Virus record (IMG/VR): IMGVR_UViG_3300025751_003547
Coordinates: 1 to 30,830 of that record
Origin: a virus
Taxonomy: Duplodnaviria > Caudoviricetes
Strand: one strand, 5' to 3'
DNA: 30,830 nt
Positions 1 through 8,374 of the stretch are shown here, piece by piece. How positions within the stretch are numbered: position 1 is the first letter of the stretch; the number at the start of each line of letters is the position of its first letter. The position numbers and the translations under genes are program-made. The notes beneath the pieces were generated by a model. The model saw nothing but the letters and a program-made list of their open reading frames with translations, was not told where the DNA came from and did no database searches.

Positions 1-82
1 CATATTTATCAGCTTCTTCGATAAATCTGTTACGTTCATACATCTCAGTAGTGAGACGATTACCAAGCATCCAAAGTTTCAT
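1..82 (-). CDS. 5' part of an ORF running off the window (MKLWMLGNRLTTEMYERNRFIEEADKY...), possibly a RimK-like ATP-grasp ligase
   Basis: ATG at 82-80, open to the window edge, downstream of a sigma70-like promoter. N-terminus resembles cyanophage RimK-family proteins as recalled; only 27 codons are visible. Confidence 0.4.
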   Translation of the reverse strand, partial: MKLWMLGNRLTTEMYERNRFIEEADKY

Positions 83-104
83 GAAGTGTTTTACTTACAT
101 TAAT

Positions 105-133
105 ATTATACAATAAAAAAGCACCCCTGTGAA
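105..133 (-). promoter_or_regulatory. sigma70-like promoter TTCACA-N17-TATAAT overlapping the psbD terminator
   Basis: Minus strand reads TTCACA GGGGTGCTTTTTTATTG TATAAT; spacer is 17 nt. Confidence 0.6.
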
Positions 134-140
134 GGAGTGC
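115..140 (-). terminator. Rho-independent terminator after psbD
   Basis: Minus strand GCACTCCT-TCAC-AGGGGTGC followed by TTTTTT, about 20 nt after the psbD stop. Confidence 0.8.
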
Positions 141-161
141 TGTGACAGTTGTGGAAGTGGT

Positions 162-1217
162 TTAGAGAGCATTGCCCCTCGGAAGAACTTCCTCTGGGAA
201 TACAAAGTTCTCATGAGGTTGGTCAACTGGTGCCAACCAGGCACGGAGTCCTTCGTTGAGCAAGATATTCTTTGTGTAGAAGGTTTCAAACTCAGGATCC
301 TCAGCCGCTCTAATCTCCTGACTCACGAAATCATAAGCACGAAGGTTAAGAGCAAGACCGATAATACCAATGGATGAGGTCCAAAGACCCATAACAGGAA
401 CAAAGAGCATAAAGAAATGAAGCCACCTCTTGTTACTAAAAGCGATGCCGAAGATCTGGGACCAAAATCTATTCGCCGTAACCATCGAATAAGTCTCTTC
501 CTCCTGAGTTGTGTCAAATGCTTTGAAAGTGTTTGCTTGTTCACCGTCTTCATACAAGGTGTTCTCTACTGTAACACCATGAATCGCAGAAAGCAATGCA
601 CCACCCAGGATACCTGCTACACCCATCATATGGAACGGGTTGAGTGTCCAATTGTGAAAGCCTTGGAGGAACAGCAAAAATCTGAATATCGCCGCAACAC
701 CAAAGGAAGGCGCAAAGAACCAAGATGACTGTCCAAGTGGATAGATGAGAAATACGCTAACGAATACGGCAATAGGACCCGAAAAAGCAATTGCATTGTA
801 TGGTCTAATTCCTACGAGACGACTAATCTCAAACTGCCGAAGCATAAATCCTATGAGAGCAAAGGCTCCGTGGAGCGCCACAAAATTCCAGAGTCCTCCA
901 AGTTGGAACCACCTGACAAGGCTTCCCTGAGACTCAGGACCCCAAAGTAGAAGAAGAGAATGACCCATAGCATCAGCAGGCGTTGACACAGCCGCTGTAA
1001 GGAAATTAGCACCCTCAAGGTAACTACTTGCGAGTCCGTGGGTGTACCAGCTCGTAACAAACGTTGTGCCAGTAAGCCAGCCACCAATTGCAAGATAAGC
1101 AGTGGGAAAAAGAAGTAATCCAGACCAACCCACAAAGACAAAGCGATCTCGTTTAAGCCAGTCATCCAGGACATCGAACCACCCCCTACTTGGAATGTTT
1201 AGTGTACTTGTTGTCAT
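162..1217 (-). CDS. psbD: Photosystem II D2 protein
   Basis: 351 aa; [21 protein letters not shown] ... [12 protein letters not shown] is canonical D2. Confidence 0.99.
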   Translation of the reverse strand: MTTSTLNIPSRGWFDVLDDWLKRDRFVFVGWSGLLLFPTAYLAIGGWLTGTTFVTSWYTHGLASSYLEGANFLTAAVSTPADAMGHSLLLLWGPESQGSLVRWFQLGGLWNFVALHGAFALIGFMLRQFEISRLVGIRPYNAIAFSGPIAVFVSVFLIYPLGQSSWFFAPSFGVAAIFRFLLFLQGFHNWTLNPFHMMGVAGILGGALLSAIHGVTVENTLYEDGEQANTFKAFDTTQEEETYSMVTANRFWSQIFGIAFSNKRWLHFFMLFVPVMGLWTSSIGIIGLALNLRAYDFVSQEIRAAEDPEFETFYTKNILLNEGLRAWLAPVDQPHENFVFPEEVLPRGNAL

Positions 1218-1311
1218 TGTTATTTACCTTTGAATCTTTTAACCAATATAATTGAGGCCAAGTATCACGAATGATCTCGGCAAGTTTATAAGGTGTTTGT
1301 GAACTTATCAC
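1186..1311 (-). CDS. Small hypothetical protein, 41 aa ([41 protein letters not shown])
   Basis: GTG start in a GTGA overlap with the upstream stop; fills the gap to psbD and overlaps its first 32 nt. Not in the ORF track. Confidence 0.6.
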   Translation of the reverse strand: MISSQTPYKLAEIIRDTWPQLYWLKDSKVNNNDNKYTKHSK

Positions 1312-1550
1312 TTGAATCCTTTATTTAATTTTTTTTTCTTTTTAGAAATGTCTAAAACTTCTACATGAGAAATGTATTGTGAAATTGTATTCCACCAAAT
1401 TTCTTGTACTTCTTCCCAAGATTCAACAACTTTAGTTTCACATCCAGTATCACTACAATGATAATGAATCTTGTAATGATGCCTATCATATGGCAAACTA
1501 GAAGATTGTGTGAAATATCTGGGATCTGTTCTATCAATCAATTGTGTCAT
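1308..1550 (-). CDS. Hypothetical cyanophage protein, 80 aa
   Basis: ATGA-coupled to the upstream ORF; ends in the KKLNKGFK tail typical of small cyanophage proteins. Confidence 0.75.
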   Translation of the reverse strand: MTQLIDRTDPRYFTQSSSLPYDRHHYKIHYHCSDTGCETKVVESWEEVQEIWWNTISQYISHVEVLDISKKKKKLNKGFK

Positions 1551-1954
1551 TTACTATAAGTATCGTAACCCTTTTCATCATCACTCTTCTTGAGTTCTGC
1601 CATAAGTTCTTTTTCAGTTTTAAAGTGATGTCCCTTCAATTCTGAATTTGGTTGTGATGGTTCAAAAGGACTTCGATCAAGGTTCTTGATAATGATAAAT
1701 GCATCTTTATTATACTTGCGGGTACCTAGTGGAGACTGCCACTTTTTGTTGTACTCCTCACCCACATCAATACCAGAAACTGAAGTACCACCAATCTCAA
1801 CACTAACATTATCATAACAATCCCATCCAAGTTTAGCGATTGTATCGTAAAGATTTTGAACTACACCTTGATTGCATACAGCAATTGCTTTACGTTTTGC
1901 AATCAGAGAACCATCATCCATAACATTTTCCTCGGGATCAAGTTTGCCAATCAT
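1547..1954 (-). CDS. Hypothetical cyanophage protein, 135 aa, between psbA and psbD
   Basis: ORF track; co-oriented with and coupled to neighbours. Confidence 0.8.
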   Translation of the reverse strand: MIGKLDPEENVMDDGSLIAKRKAIAVCNQGVVQNLYDTIAKLGWDCYDNVSVEIGGTSVSGIDVGEEYNKKWQSPLGTRKYNKDAFIIIKNLDRSPFEPSQPNSELKGHHFKTEKELMAELKKSDDEKGYDTYSK

Positions 1955-1987
1955 GAGAATAAGTAAAATAACTTAACAATTTTTAAC

Positions 1988-2019
1988 AAAAAGAAAGGGG
2001 ACAAAAGTGTCCCCCCTCT
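1988..2019 (-). terminator. Rho-independent terminator after psbA
   Basis: Minus strand AGAGGGGGGACA-CTTT-TGTCCCCTTTCT then TTTT, about 20 nt after the psbA stop. Confidence 0.85.
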
Positions 2020-2037
2020 ATGTTTATTTAATTTGTA

Positions 2038-3117
2038 TCAACCGATAGCAGGTGCGGTGAGAGCAACAGGAGTTGACTCAGCAGCAGCGAGGTCGAGAGG
2101 GAAGTTATGAGCATTTCGTTCGTGCATTACTTCCATCCCAAGACCAGCACGGTTAAGAACATCAGCCCAGGTGTTCAGGACATGACCTTGGTTGTCCATG
2201 ATGGACTGGTTGAAGTTGAAACCGTTCAGGTTGAATGCCATGGTGCTAACACCAAGTGCAGTGAACCAGATGCCGATGACAGGCCATGCTGCGAGGAAGA
2301 AGTGCAGCGAACGGGAGTTGTTGAACGAGGCATATTGGAAGATCAGACGACCAAAGTAACCGTGTGCAGCAACGATGTTGTAGGTCTCTTCTTCTTGACC
2401 GAACTTGTAACCATAGTTCTGTGACTCGTTCTCGGTGGTTTCACGAACCAGCGAGGAAGTAACCAGAGAACCGTGCATAGCACTGAACAAAGAACCACCG
2501 AAGACACCAGCAACTCCAAGCATGTGGAAGGGGTGCATCAGAATGTTGTGCTCTGCTTGGAAGACAAGCATGTAGTTGAAGGTGCCACTGATACCCAGGG
2601 GCATTGCATCGGAGAAAGAACCTTGACCGAAAGGATAGACCAGGAAGACAGCAGAAGCAGCAGCAACAGGAGCACTGTAAGCAACGCAAATCCAAGGACG
2701 CATACCAAGACGGTAAGAAAGTTCCCACTCACGACCCATGTAAGCATAGATGCCAATCAGGAAGTGGAAGACAACCAACTGGAAAGGACCACCGTTGTAA
2801 AGCCATTCATCCAGAGATGCAGCTTCCCAAATGGGGTAGAAGTGAAGACCAATTGCGTTTGAAGAAGGAACAACAGCACCAGAAATGATGTTGTTGCCAT
2901 ACATCAGAGAACCTGCAACAGGCTCGCGGATGCCGTCGATGTCCACAGGGGGAGCACCGATAAAGGCGATGATGAAACAAGTAGTAGCAGCAAGCAGGCA
3001 AGGAATCATCAGGACTCCGAACCAACCAACATAAAGACGATTGTCGGTGCTGGTTACCCAGTTGCAGAACTGTTCCCAAGTATTCGATTGTTGTTGACGT
3101 GAAAGTGTTTGAGCCAT
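2038..3117 (-). CDS. psbA: Photosystem II D1 protein, intronless, Q130 type
   Basis: Canonical D1 ([49 protein letters not shown]). Start placed at the ATG of MAQTL (3117) rather than the TTG at 3129. Confidence 0.99.
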   Translation of the reverse strand: MAQTLSRQQQSNTWEQFCNWVTSTDNRLYVGWFGVLMIPCLLAATTCFIIAFIGAPPVDIDGIREPVAGSLMYGNNIISGAVVPSSNAIGLHFYPIWEAASLDEWLYNGGPFQLVVFHFLIGIYAYMGREWELSYRLGMRPWICVAYSAPVAAASAVFLVYPFGQGSFSDAMPLGISGTFNYMLVFQAEHNILMHPFHMLGVAGVFGGSLFSAMHGSLVTSSLVRETTENESQNYGYKFGQEEETYNIVAAHGYFGRLIFQYASFNNSRSLHFFLAAWPVIGIWFTALGVSTMAFNLNGFNFNQSIMDNQGHVLNTWADVLNRAGLGMEVMHERNAHNFPLDLAAAESTPVALTAPAIG

Positions 3118-3129
3118 TGTTTTGAACAA

Positions 3130-3245
3130 AAAAGTAAGACCATCAGGGGAATGGTGGAGTTACTATTTCCTCGCCACCCTCAGGCAAGGATATGAGAGAC
3201 GTGATTTAGACACCCTATAGGTCTCGGTTTGGGGTGTTTACAACG
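3130..3245 (-). ncRNA. Structured psbA 5' leader, PhotoRC-II-like RNA motif
   Basis: Three hairpins (3207-3240, 3168-3190, 3139-3155) with loop-complementary segments (GAGAC/GTCTC; AGGG/CCCT). Position upstream of cyanophage psbA matches the described PhotoRC-II motif. Confidence 0.7.
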
Positions 3246-3256
3246 GTTTGAGAAAT

Positions 3257-3274
3257 GTTACATTCCTTAACGTG
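3257..3274. promoter_or_regulatory. HLR1 (RpaB)-like direct repeat GTTACATT-CC-TTAACGTG just downstream of the predicted psbA start site
   Basis: First half matches (G/T)TTACA(T/A)(T/A) exactly; second half is degenerate; period 10 bp. Confidence 0.45.
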
Positions 3275-3280
3275 TTGATG

Positions 3281-3314
3281 TATTTATCATACTACGGTTT
3301 TCATCACCTGTCAA
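3281..3314 (-). promoter_or_regulatory. psbA promoter: TTGACA-N17-TATGAT with an overlapping T4-like late motif ATAAATA
   Basis: Minus strand TTGACA ggtgatgaaaaccgtag TATGAT AAATA. Confidence 0.85.
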
Positions 3315-3408
3315 GTCATCATTTTAGATGATTGTTTGGGAGCACTCACCACAGTTTTGAACTGTATATCACCGCGAACATTTTGTGTCAATCTAGTTTA
3401 TTGCATCT

Positions 3409-3419
3409 CTAAATAAATA
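3409..3419 (+). promoter_or_regulatory. Late-promoter-like motif (CTAAATA/ATAAATA) for the plus-strand cassette
   Basis: ctaaataaata about 25 nt before the ATG; resembles the T4 late consensus TATAAATA. Confidence 0.5.
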
Positions 3420-3441
3420 AAGATTCAAAAATATGGGGTGT

Positions 3442-3897
3442 ATGAAACGTCTATTACCTCTCGCTATTCTTCTGATGACCGCAGGTGCAGCAAATGCTGG
3501 CGGACTTGTTACTAAACATGCATCTAGCGTTCAACTGACTGTTGATGCTGCTCGCTCTACTGCGGTAAGAATTGGTGGTAGTTATTCTGCCTCTGGTTCT
3601 AATATCACAGCAGGCACGATGGGTGGCGTTTCCACTGGTGCTGGCACATACACCGTCACCACATCTGGACAAGATTGGTCGTTGAGTGAAACATACAACG
3701 CAGCAGATAGTGTTCCTGCCTCTGCTGTTAGCACAGGTGATGTTCCTAACTTTGGTAATGTCACTTCTTATGCTGCTGGCACTGCTGGCACACTCGCAGG
3801 TACGATTGACAGAACTCATGCTATCACGCTGACTGCTGGTGGTGCAGGTTCATCTGCAACAGGACAGTTCGTTACCGAGATCACTGTTATCGACTAA
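3442..3897 (+). CDS. Secreted Gly/Ser/Thr/Ala-rich hypothetical protein
   Basis: Signal peptide MKRLLPLAILLMTAGAANA followed by low-complexity beta-type sequence; start placed at MKR. Confidence 0.85.
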   Translation: MKRLLPLAILLMTAGAANAGGLVTKHASSVQLTVDAARSTAVRIGGSYSASGSNITAGTMGGVSTGAGTYTVTTSGQDWSLSETYNAADSVPASAVSTGDVPNFGNVTSYAAGTAGTLAGTIDRTHAITLTAGGAGSSATGQFVTEITVID

Positions 3898-3909
3898 TAC
3901 TATATAACC

Positions 3910-4326
3910 ATGAAGAGATTACTTTTCGTGGCATTCTTACTGGGATCACCAGCAATGGCGGTCCCAGTGGTCCCTAACTTCACTCAGGGGTCGATGACAA
4001 GCCACACGGAAACAACACAAAAAATCACAGAGACCATCAACTCGATGGACTATAGCACAGGGTATCAATACTCTGCTACAGGAAGTGGTATTACAGCGTC
4101 AGGAAATCTTTCTCCTGGCACAGGAACAAATAATGTAACTATTGATGGAGTGACATCGACATGGACAGGCGTAACAAACAAACCAACGTTCACACAGACA
4201 ACACCAGGAGCAGCGTTTCAGTTCACAGAAACGTACTCGGGTCCTGGTTTACAAAATCATACGATTATCGAAAGAACCACGGACATTACAAGCGTAACAG
4301 ATACTACAAGTATCTTCTCCCAGTAA
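3910..4326 (+). CDS. Secreted Thr-rich hypothetical protein (VPVVPNFTQG...)
   Basis: Signal peptide MKRLLFVAFLLGSPAMA; 138 aa. Confidence 0.85.
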   Translation: MKRLLFVAFLLGSPAMAVPVVPNFTQGSMTSHTETTQKITETINSMDYSTGYQYSATGSGITASGNLSPGTGTNNVTIDGVTSTWTGVTNKPTFTQTTPGAAFQFTETYSGPGLQNHTIIERTTDITSVTDTTSIFSQ

Positions 4327-5078
4327 TTGCTGCTCTAGTAGCAGCACCAGCAAGAGCAAACGTTGGTGGTGTATCAGCAACTGCAGCTCCAGTGGCAAAT
4401 AGCTCTGGCTCAGTGACTAACCAAGCTATCCAGGTTTTACAGGGGCCATATATCACTAACACTTACGGAGGGGGAATTCAATGTCAAGGACCCACTCGTA
4501 ATTTTACACCCTATGTAACTGGATCAGTCTCTGCTTCCAAACCATACGAAGATTATTATGATACTCCTGTCTATGACATGAGAGATTTAACAGGTGATTT
4601 TGATGATGATGGTAACCCAATTGGGGATGGAGCACCTGATAATCCTGGGGACGTGTTGTGGTATCAACCAACACGAACTGGACAAAAAGATAACTACAGT
4701 CTTGGCATTGGTTTCTCTATGACATGGAGTACACCAACTGATAAAAAGTTACAAGCACTATGTAAGGAAGCAGCAGCAACACAGATTGAATTGAATAATC
4801 AGTTAGTTGCTAACAAGAGATTGGATTTTGAGATCGCTAGACTGAAAAATTGTGGTGAATTGATGAAGCAAGGTATTCAATTCCACCCCAAATCTCCTTA
4901 CTACAAGGTGTGTGCTGATGTGGTTGTGAATAATCCTCCAGGACACCAGCATCCACACGTTCATGCTATCCCTTCTGTTTCTTCTTCCTCCTCGGGAACA
5001 CAGAACGAAGCTCCTTCACAGCGTGGTTCATCTGACGCTGCTCTGCTCGGCGGTCCCCTACAGACTGGACGGGAATAG
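4161..5078 (+). CDS. Secreted or membrane-associated hypothetical protein with several Cys; start uncertain
   Basis: 305-aa ORF. A signal-like segment YKYLLPVIAALVAAPARA lies about 48 codons after the only upstream ATG, which is inside the previous gene. Confidence 0.8.
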   Translation: MDRRNKQTNVHTDNTRSSVSVHRNVLGSWFTKSYDYRKNHGHYKRNRYYKYLLPVIAALVAAPARANVGGVSATAAPVANSSGSVTNQAIQVLQGPYITNTYGGGIQCQGPTRNFTPYVTGSVSASKPYEDYYDTPVYDMRDLTGDFDDDGNPIGDGAPDNPGDVLWYQPTRTGQKDNYSLGIGFSMTWSTPTDKKLQALCKEAAATQIELNNQLVANKRLDFEIARLKNCGELMKQGIQFHPKSPYYKVCADVVVNNPPGHQHPHVHAIPSVSSSSSGTQNEAPSQRGSSDAALLGGPLQTGRE

Positions 5079-5769
5079 GTTTCTTACGAATAGCAGCAAT
5101 CTTCTTCATGACCTTCTTCACTGTAGGTTTCACTGCCTTCAACAGTATGTCAGCCAGAGGTTTTGCTAGCAGTGCTGATGCTGTAGCAATTACAGCGACA
5201 CCACCCACCTGAACAACCTGACCACCACTAGGCAGTCCTGCTACTATCTGTTGAGGTAGTGGGACTGCTTCTGTTATCTGGACACACTCATTACCCATCA
5301 GTTTGTATTCAACTACCTTCTTTCTAAATCCTTCTACCAGTGTTCCTACAGGTTCCTTTGCTTCCTGTGCTGGTGTAGGACATTCTAATTTAGCAGTAGT
5401 AACAGGTACTTCTGTCTTAGGTGCTTTAACTTCTGGTGTTTCTGGTGGGTCAGGTGTCTTAGTTTTTGGAATAGGAGCAGGCTCCGTTAGGATCATCCTG
5501 TTTGGTTCAAACTGAATAGGATTAAAACTAGGGATGCCAGAATCGCAAAACGTAACCAGTCCTCTTTCGTCATCAGATTTGATCTGATTATTCTTTGGAT
5601 TATTTGTTTCATGTGCCTCTACACATCCAGGGATGTCAACGATAGGGACACCAATATTTACTGTTACTGGAGGAGCAACAGGGATGGGAGGTGAAGAATA
5701 GTTACCAGGATCCACCACAGTGACATCAGGTATACTGACACCACTGATATTAATCTCTTTAATTTCCAT
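4966..5769 (-). CDS. Pro-rich hypothetical protein with Cys pairs, a C-terminal hydrophobic segment and a basic tail
   Basis: 267 aa; PGCVEAHE and VTFCDSG motifs; overlaps the plus-strand ORF tail-to-tail by 113 nt. Confidence 0.8.
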   Translation of the reverse strand: MEIKEINISGVSIPDVTVVDPGNYSSPPIPVAPPVTVNIGVPIVDIPGCVEAHETNNPKNNQIKSDDERGLVTFCDSGIPSFNPIQFEPNRMILTEPAPIPKTKTPDPPETPEVKAPKTEVPVTTAKLECPTPAQEAKEPVGTLVEGFRKKVVEYKLMGNECVQITEAVPLPQQIVAGLPSGGQVVQVGGVAVIATASALLAKPLADILLKAVKPTVKKVMKKIAAIRKKPIPVQSVGDRRAEQRQMNHAVKELRSVFPRRKKKQKG

Positions 5770-5882
5770 TAGTCTTCAAATAATTTAAAAATTCCTGTCC
5801 AAATAGAATGGAAGAACACATATAGGAAGAAAGTATTTTGCGCTTCTTTCTTTGCCTGTTTCTTGTAAGTCGTTTGTGCCAT
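5769..5882 (-). CDS. Small hypothetical protein, 37 aa (MAQTTYKKQAKKEAQNTFFLYVFFHSIWTGIFKLFED)
   Basis: GAGGT RBS upstream; TAATG coupling to the next gene. Not in the ORF track. Confidence 0.7.
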   Translation of the reverse strand: MAQTTYKKQAKKEAQNTFFLYVFFHSIWTGIFKLFED

Positions 5883-5927
5883 AATATACCTCGGGGTATG
5901 TATTATTTAACAATTCTCATGGAGTTC

Positions 5928-6557
5928 TCAGCAATCATTAAATGCTGATCCAACTTCAGATCCGATAGTCTCACCAGCTTGTTTTCCTAGGAGCAATGCC
6001 CAACCACCTGCTAACCATCCAATGTAAGGTATCCCAGAGACCGCAGGAACGACGAGACCAGCCGCTATGCTAGTTCCTGCCATCGCACCTTGTGACCGTG
6101 CTCCAGCGTCCGCCGCGATGCACTCTGCGCTTAGGGCATTCGACTTTCCCTCAGCATCAATTGCACCTCCCATATTTCTGACGCCTTCCATGGTGTATTG
6201 ATCACGACGATACTCAGTTCGCTGCTCAGATCCTCCGCCAAAGAAACCTTTCTTTTCACGGTCAAGATCTAAAGATTTTTCAGATTCTAATACCTTAGGA
6301 TCATTTGCTCTGTATTCAATACGATATCCATCCTTTCCTGCTTCGATTGTATAAGATGAATAAGGACCACGAGGAAGATTAATTGTAGGAACTGATGGTG
6401 GTTCCGCCTTCCTGTCAATCAGATAACCCAAAAGACCTAGATGTGAGATAGCAAACAGAGCACCAGCAGTGCTAATCATTATCTTCCATCCAGATGGCTT
6501 CTTTGGTTGTGGTGTTGGAGCAATATAATCTTCTTTCTCGTGGTTGAATATACTCAT
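5928..6557 (-). CDS. Membrane protein with an N-terminal TM and a C-terminal glycine-zipper-like region
   Basis: TM MISTAGALFAISHLGLLGYLI; GAMAGTSIAAG...GWLAGGW...GETIGSEVG. Confidence 0.8.
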   Translation of the reverse strand: MSIFNHEKEDYIAPTPQPKKPSGWKIMISTAGALFAISHLGLLGYLIDRKAEPPSVPTINLPRGPYSSYTIEAGKDGYRIEYRANDPKVLESEKSLDLDREKKGFFGGGSEQRTEYRRDQYTMEGVRNMGGAIDAEGKSNALSAECIAADAGARSQGAMAGTSIAAGLVVPAVSGIPYIGWLAGGWALLLGKQAGETIGSEVGSAFNDC

Positions 6558-6808
6558 GGGAGTTTGGGGATAGCAGGTCCAGTTGTACTAGGTACAGCAG
6601 GACCAGTAACTTCTGGGATGTCGGGCATAGCAGCATCGATTAGACCAGGAAGAGCACCACTAACTGCTTCAACAGCAGCAGCGGATAGTTTTGCTCTCGC
6701 CTCTTCCATCATTACATCTGCATTCTTATACAAATAAACACCCCCACCGATGACTGCCAGTGAAGTCAGTCCCGATAGGAGTGCGATAACGTTAATTAGT
6801 TTTTGCAT
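6554..6808 (-). CDS. Small membrane protein, 84 aa
   Basis: N-terminal TM and Pro-rich tail; ATGA-coupled. Confidence 0.8.
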   Translation of the reverse strand: MQKLINVIALLSGLTSLAVIGGGVYLYKNADVMMEEARAKLSAAAVEAVSGALPGLIDAAMPDIPEVTGPAVPSTTGPAIPKLP

Positions 6809-6809
6809 T

Positions 6810-7133
6810 TTACGATACGTGAACGGTACCTATCATACCTGCACCCTTATGAGGAGCACACCAGTATGTATAATCACCTGCTTCGGTAAAAGTGACATCA
6901 AACTCTTCACCAGGAAGCAATGCGAGTGCTTCATGATCGAGTTCGGGATGATCCTCAACAATAACATTGTGTGGAGGAAGCATATTATTCACAAAGTGAA
7001 CTGACTCACCAGATGAAATTGAAACTTCTGCTGGTTCAAATACAAGATTACCATCAGCACCCATCATTACATCTACAGCCCAAGCAGGTGTAGCAAGAAA
7101 GAGTGTAGCTAAAAGTGCAAAGAAAAACTTCAT
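6810..7133 (-). CDS. petE: Plastocyanin
   Basis: Signal peptide; Cu ligands in PHNV and YWCAPHKGAGM. Confidence 0.97.
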   Translation of the reverse strand: MKFFFALLATLFLATPAWAVDVMMGADGNLVFEPAEVSISSGESVHFVNNMLPPHNVIVEDHPELDHEALALLPGEEFDVTFTEAGDYTYWCAPHKGAGMIGTVHVS

Positions 7134-7166
7134 TTAAAGTGTTTGCAACTTCATTATATAGGTGGT

Positions 7167-7322
7167 TCACTGCTTCTCTTCCATAATAGAAATAAGTGTT
7201 GTATAAGGAATCCATGCAGGATGTTCTTCCTTAAACTGAACTTGAACCTCAGTAATTACTTTTTGAAGTTCTTTGTCATAAGATTGGCGTGTATTCTTTA
7301 CATAATTAAAAGGATTAAACAT
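7167..7322 (-). CDS. Small hypothetical protein, 51 aa (MFNPFNYVKNTRQSY...HPAWIPYTTL...)
   Basis: GAGGA RBS upstream; fills the gap between the nuclease and petE. Not in the ORF track. Confidence 0.65.
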   Translation of the reverse strand: MFNPFNYVKNTRQSYDKELQKVITEVQVQFKEEHPAWIPYTTLISIMEEKQ

Positions 7323-7330
7323 CAAATTCC

Positions 7331-7789
7331 TCAAATAAGTGTCCCGTGGGTACGTCTAATTTCTCTAAGTTCTTCAAAATTTTTCTGCTTAGTTCCACCA
7401 TCATAAGCCCAAGCGTATCCTTCGTCAATCATTTGTTCGTTTAACGATACTTCTGCATCTCCAATATATAACCAACCAAGAAGGCGACCATACTTACCCA
7501 TACCACCAACCAGTTCAGTTCTAATGACGAGATCGTCGTCTCCATCGATAGCACCTTCTAGTTTTTCTTTCATCCAGTTGGTAGCATCAAGACCTAATGC
7601 CTTCTCTTCAAGATCTTTTGTTCTCTTCTCTGGCGTATCAACGCCTGCAACTCTAACTCTTTCTTTCTTGTATAAATCAAACCCGAGATCAATAGTAACG
7701 TCAATAGTATCACCATCGACAACACGATTAATTTCTATAACTCGGAAGTTGTAACAACTCTTCCGACTTGGTGGGGTCATTGCTCCCAT
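7331..7789 (-). CDS. Thermonuclease (SNase-like) family nuclease
   Basis: RVVDGDTIDV, RVRVAGVDTPE and GKYGRLLGWLY motifs. Confidence 0.9.
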   Translation of the reverse strand: MGAMTPPSRKSCYNFRVIEINRVVDGDTIDVTIDLGFDLYKKERVRVAGVDTPEKRTKDLEEKALGLDATNWMKEKLEGAIDGDDDLVIRTELVGGMGKYGRLLGWLYIGDAEVSLNEQMIDEGYAWAYDGGTKQKNFEELREIRRTHGTLI

Positions 7790-8072
7790 GATTTACCTCC
7801 TGTGCGTTTGCTGCAATACCAATCACAAAAGCACCAACCGCAATAACTGCAGCAGCACCCCATACCCAACGTTCTAGTTGTCTGACCCTATTCTTAAGGT
7901 CATCATTTTGTTTTTCAATACGACTTGCAAAAGAATCCAACTCACTCATTTGAGGAACTTCTTTCATACGTTCCTCTAAAGAAATAACTCTTTCTCTAAA
8001 ACTTTCTACTCTACTTTCTAGAACAGCAAGTTTAGAATCCTGTTCGGCATCCTTATTCGTCAGGTCGCTCAT
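7728..8072 (-). CDS. Coiled-coil protein with a C-terminal TM helix
   Basis: Heptad-rich N-terminus followed by WVWGAAAVIAVGAFVIGIA. Confidence 0.75.
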   Translation of the reverse strand: MSDLTNKDAEQDSKLAVLESRVESFRERVISLEERMKEVPQMSELDSFASRIEKQNDDLKNRVRQLERWVWGAAAVIAVGAFVIGIAANAQEVNHGSNDPTKSEELLQLPSYRN

Positions 8073-8208
8073 CTTTCATTTCATTATTTGCCATACGAAG
8101 TATATATGCAACATAATACAAAACCCCTGCCAAAAGAATGGCAAGGGAAACAATTACACTCCACGTTGGGTCATTTATATCCGCGAGGGGGCGAAGGAAC
8201 AGTTCCAT
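8053..8208 (-). CDS. Small single-TM protein, 51 aa (MELFLRPLADINDPTWSVIVSLAILLAGVLYIVAYILRMANNEMKDERPDE)
   Basis: Read by hand; tiles between neighbours; one TM helix. Confidence 0.7.
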   Translation of the reverse strand: MELFLRPLADINDPTWSVIVSLAILLAGVLYYVAYILRMANNEMKDERPDE

Positions 8209-8374
8209 CTTTACTATTCATACTAGGTATCATTTGATAAGAGAGTTTATCTCTCAACCTATTTACACGCTCTTCATCAAACTTAGAGAAATGTCCGCGT
8301 TTCTCAACATGTTTATAATAATGCAAAGCATTTTGGATGATTGTAAAATCCTCTATTGATAGTTCAAAATTCAT
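8171..8374 (-). CDS. Hypothetical protein, 67 aa
   Basis: ORF track; ATGA-coupled. Confidence 0.65.
   Translation of the reverse strand: MNFELSIEDFTIIQNALHYYKHVEKRGHFSKFDEERVNRLRDKLSYQMIPSMNSKDGTVPSPPRGYK

Noticed and set aside
1218-2037. Possible homing endonuclease or group I intron associated with psbA/psbD
   Set aside because: Both genes are uninterrupted, and no HNH, GIY-YIG or EndoVII motif is visible in the spacer ORFs.
95-3079. Many short alternative-frame and antisense ORFs within psbD and psbA
   Set aside because: Shadows of strongly codon-biased genes, with no RBS or recognisable motifs.
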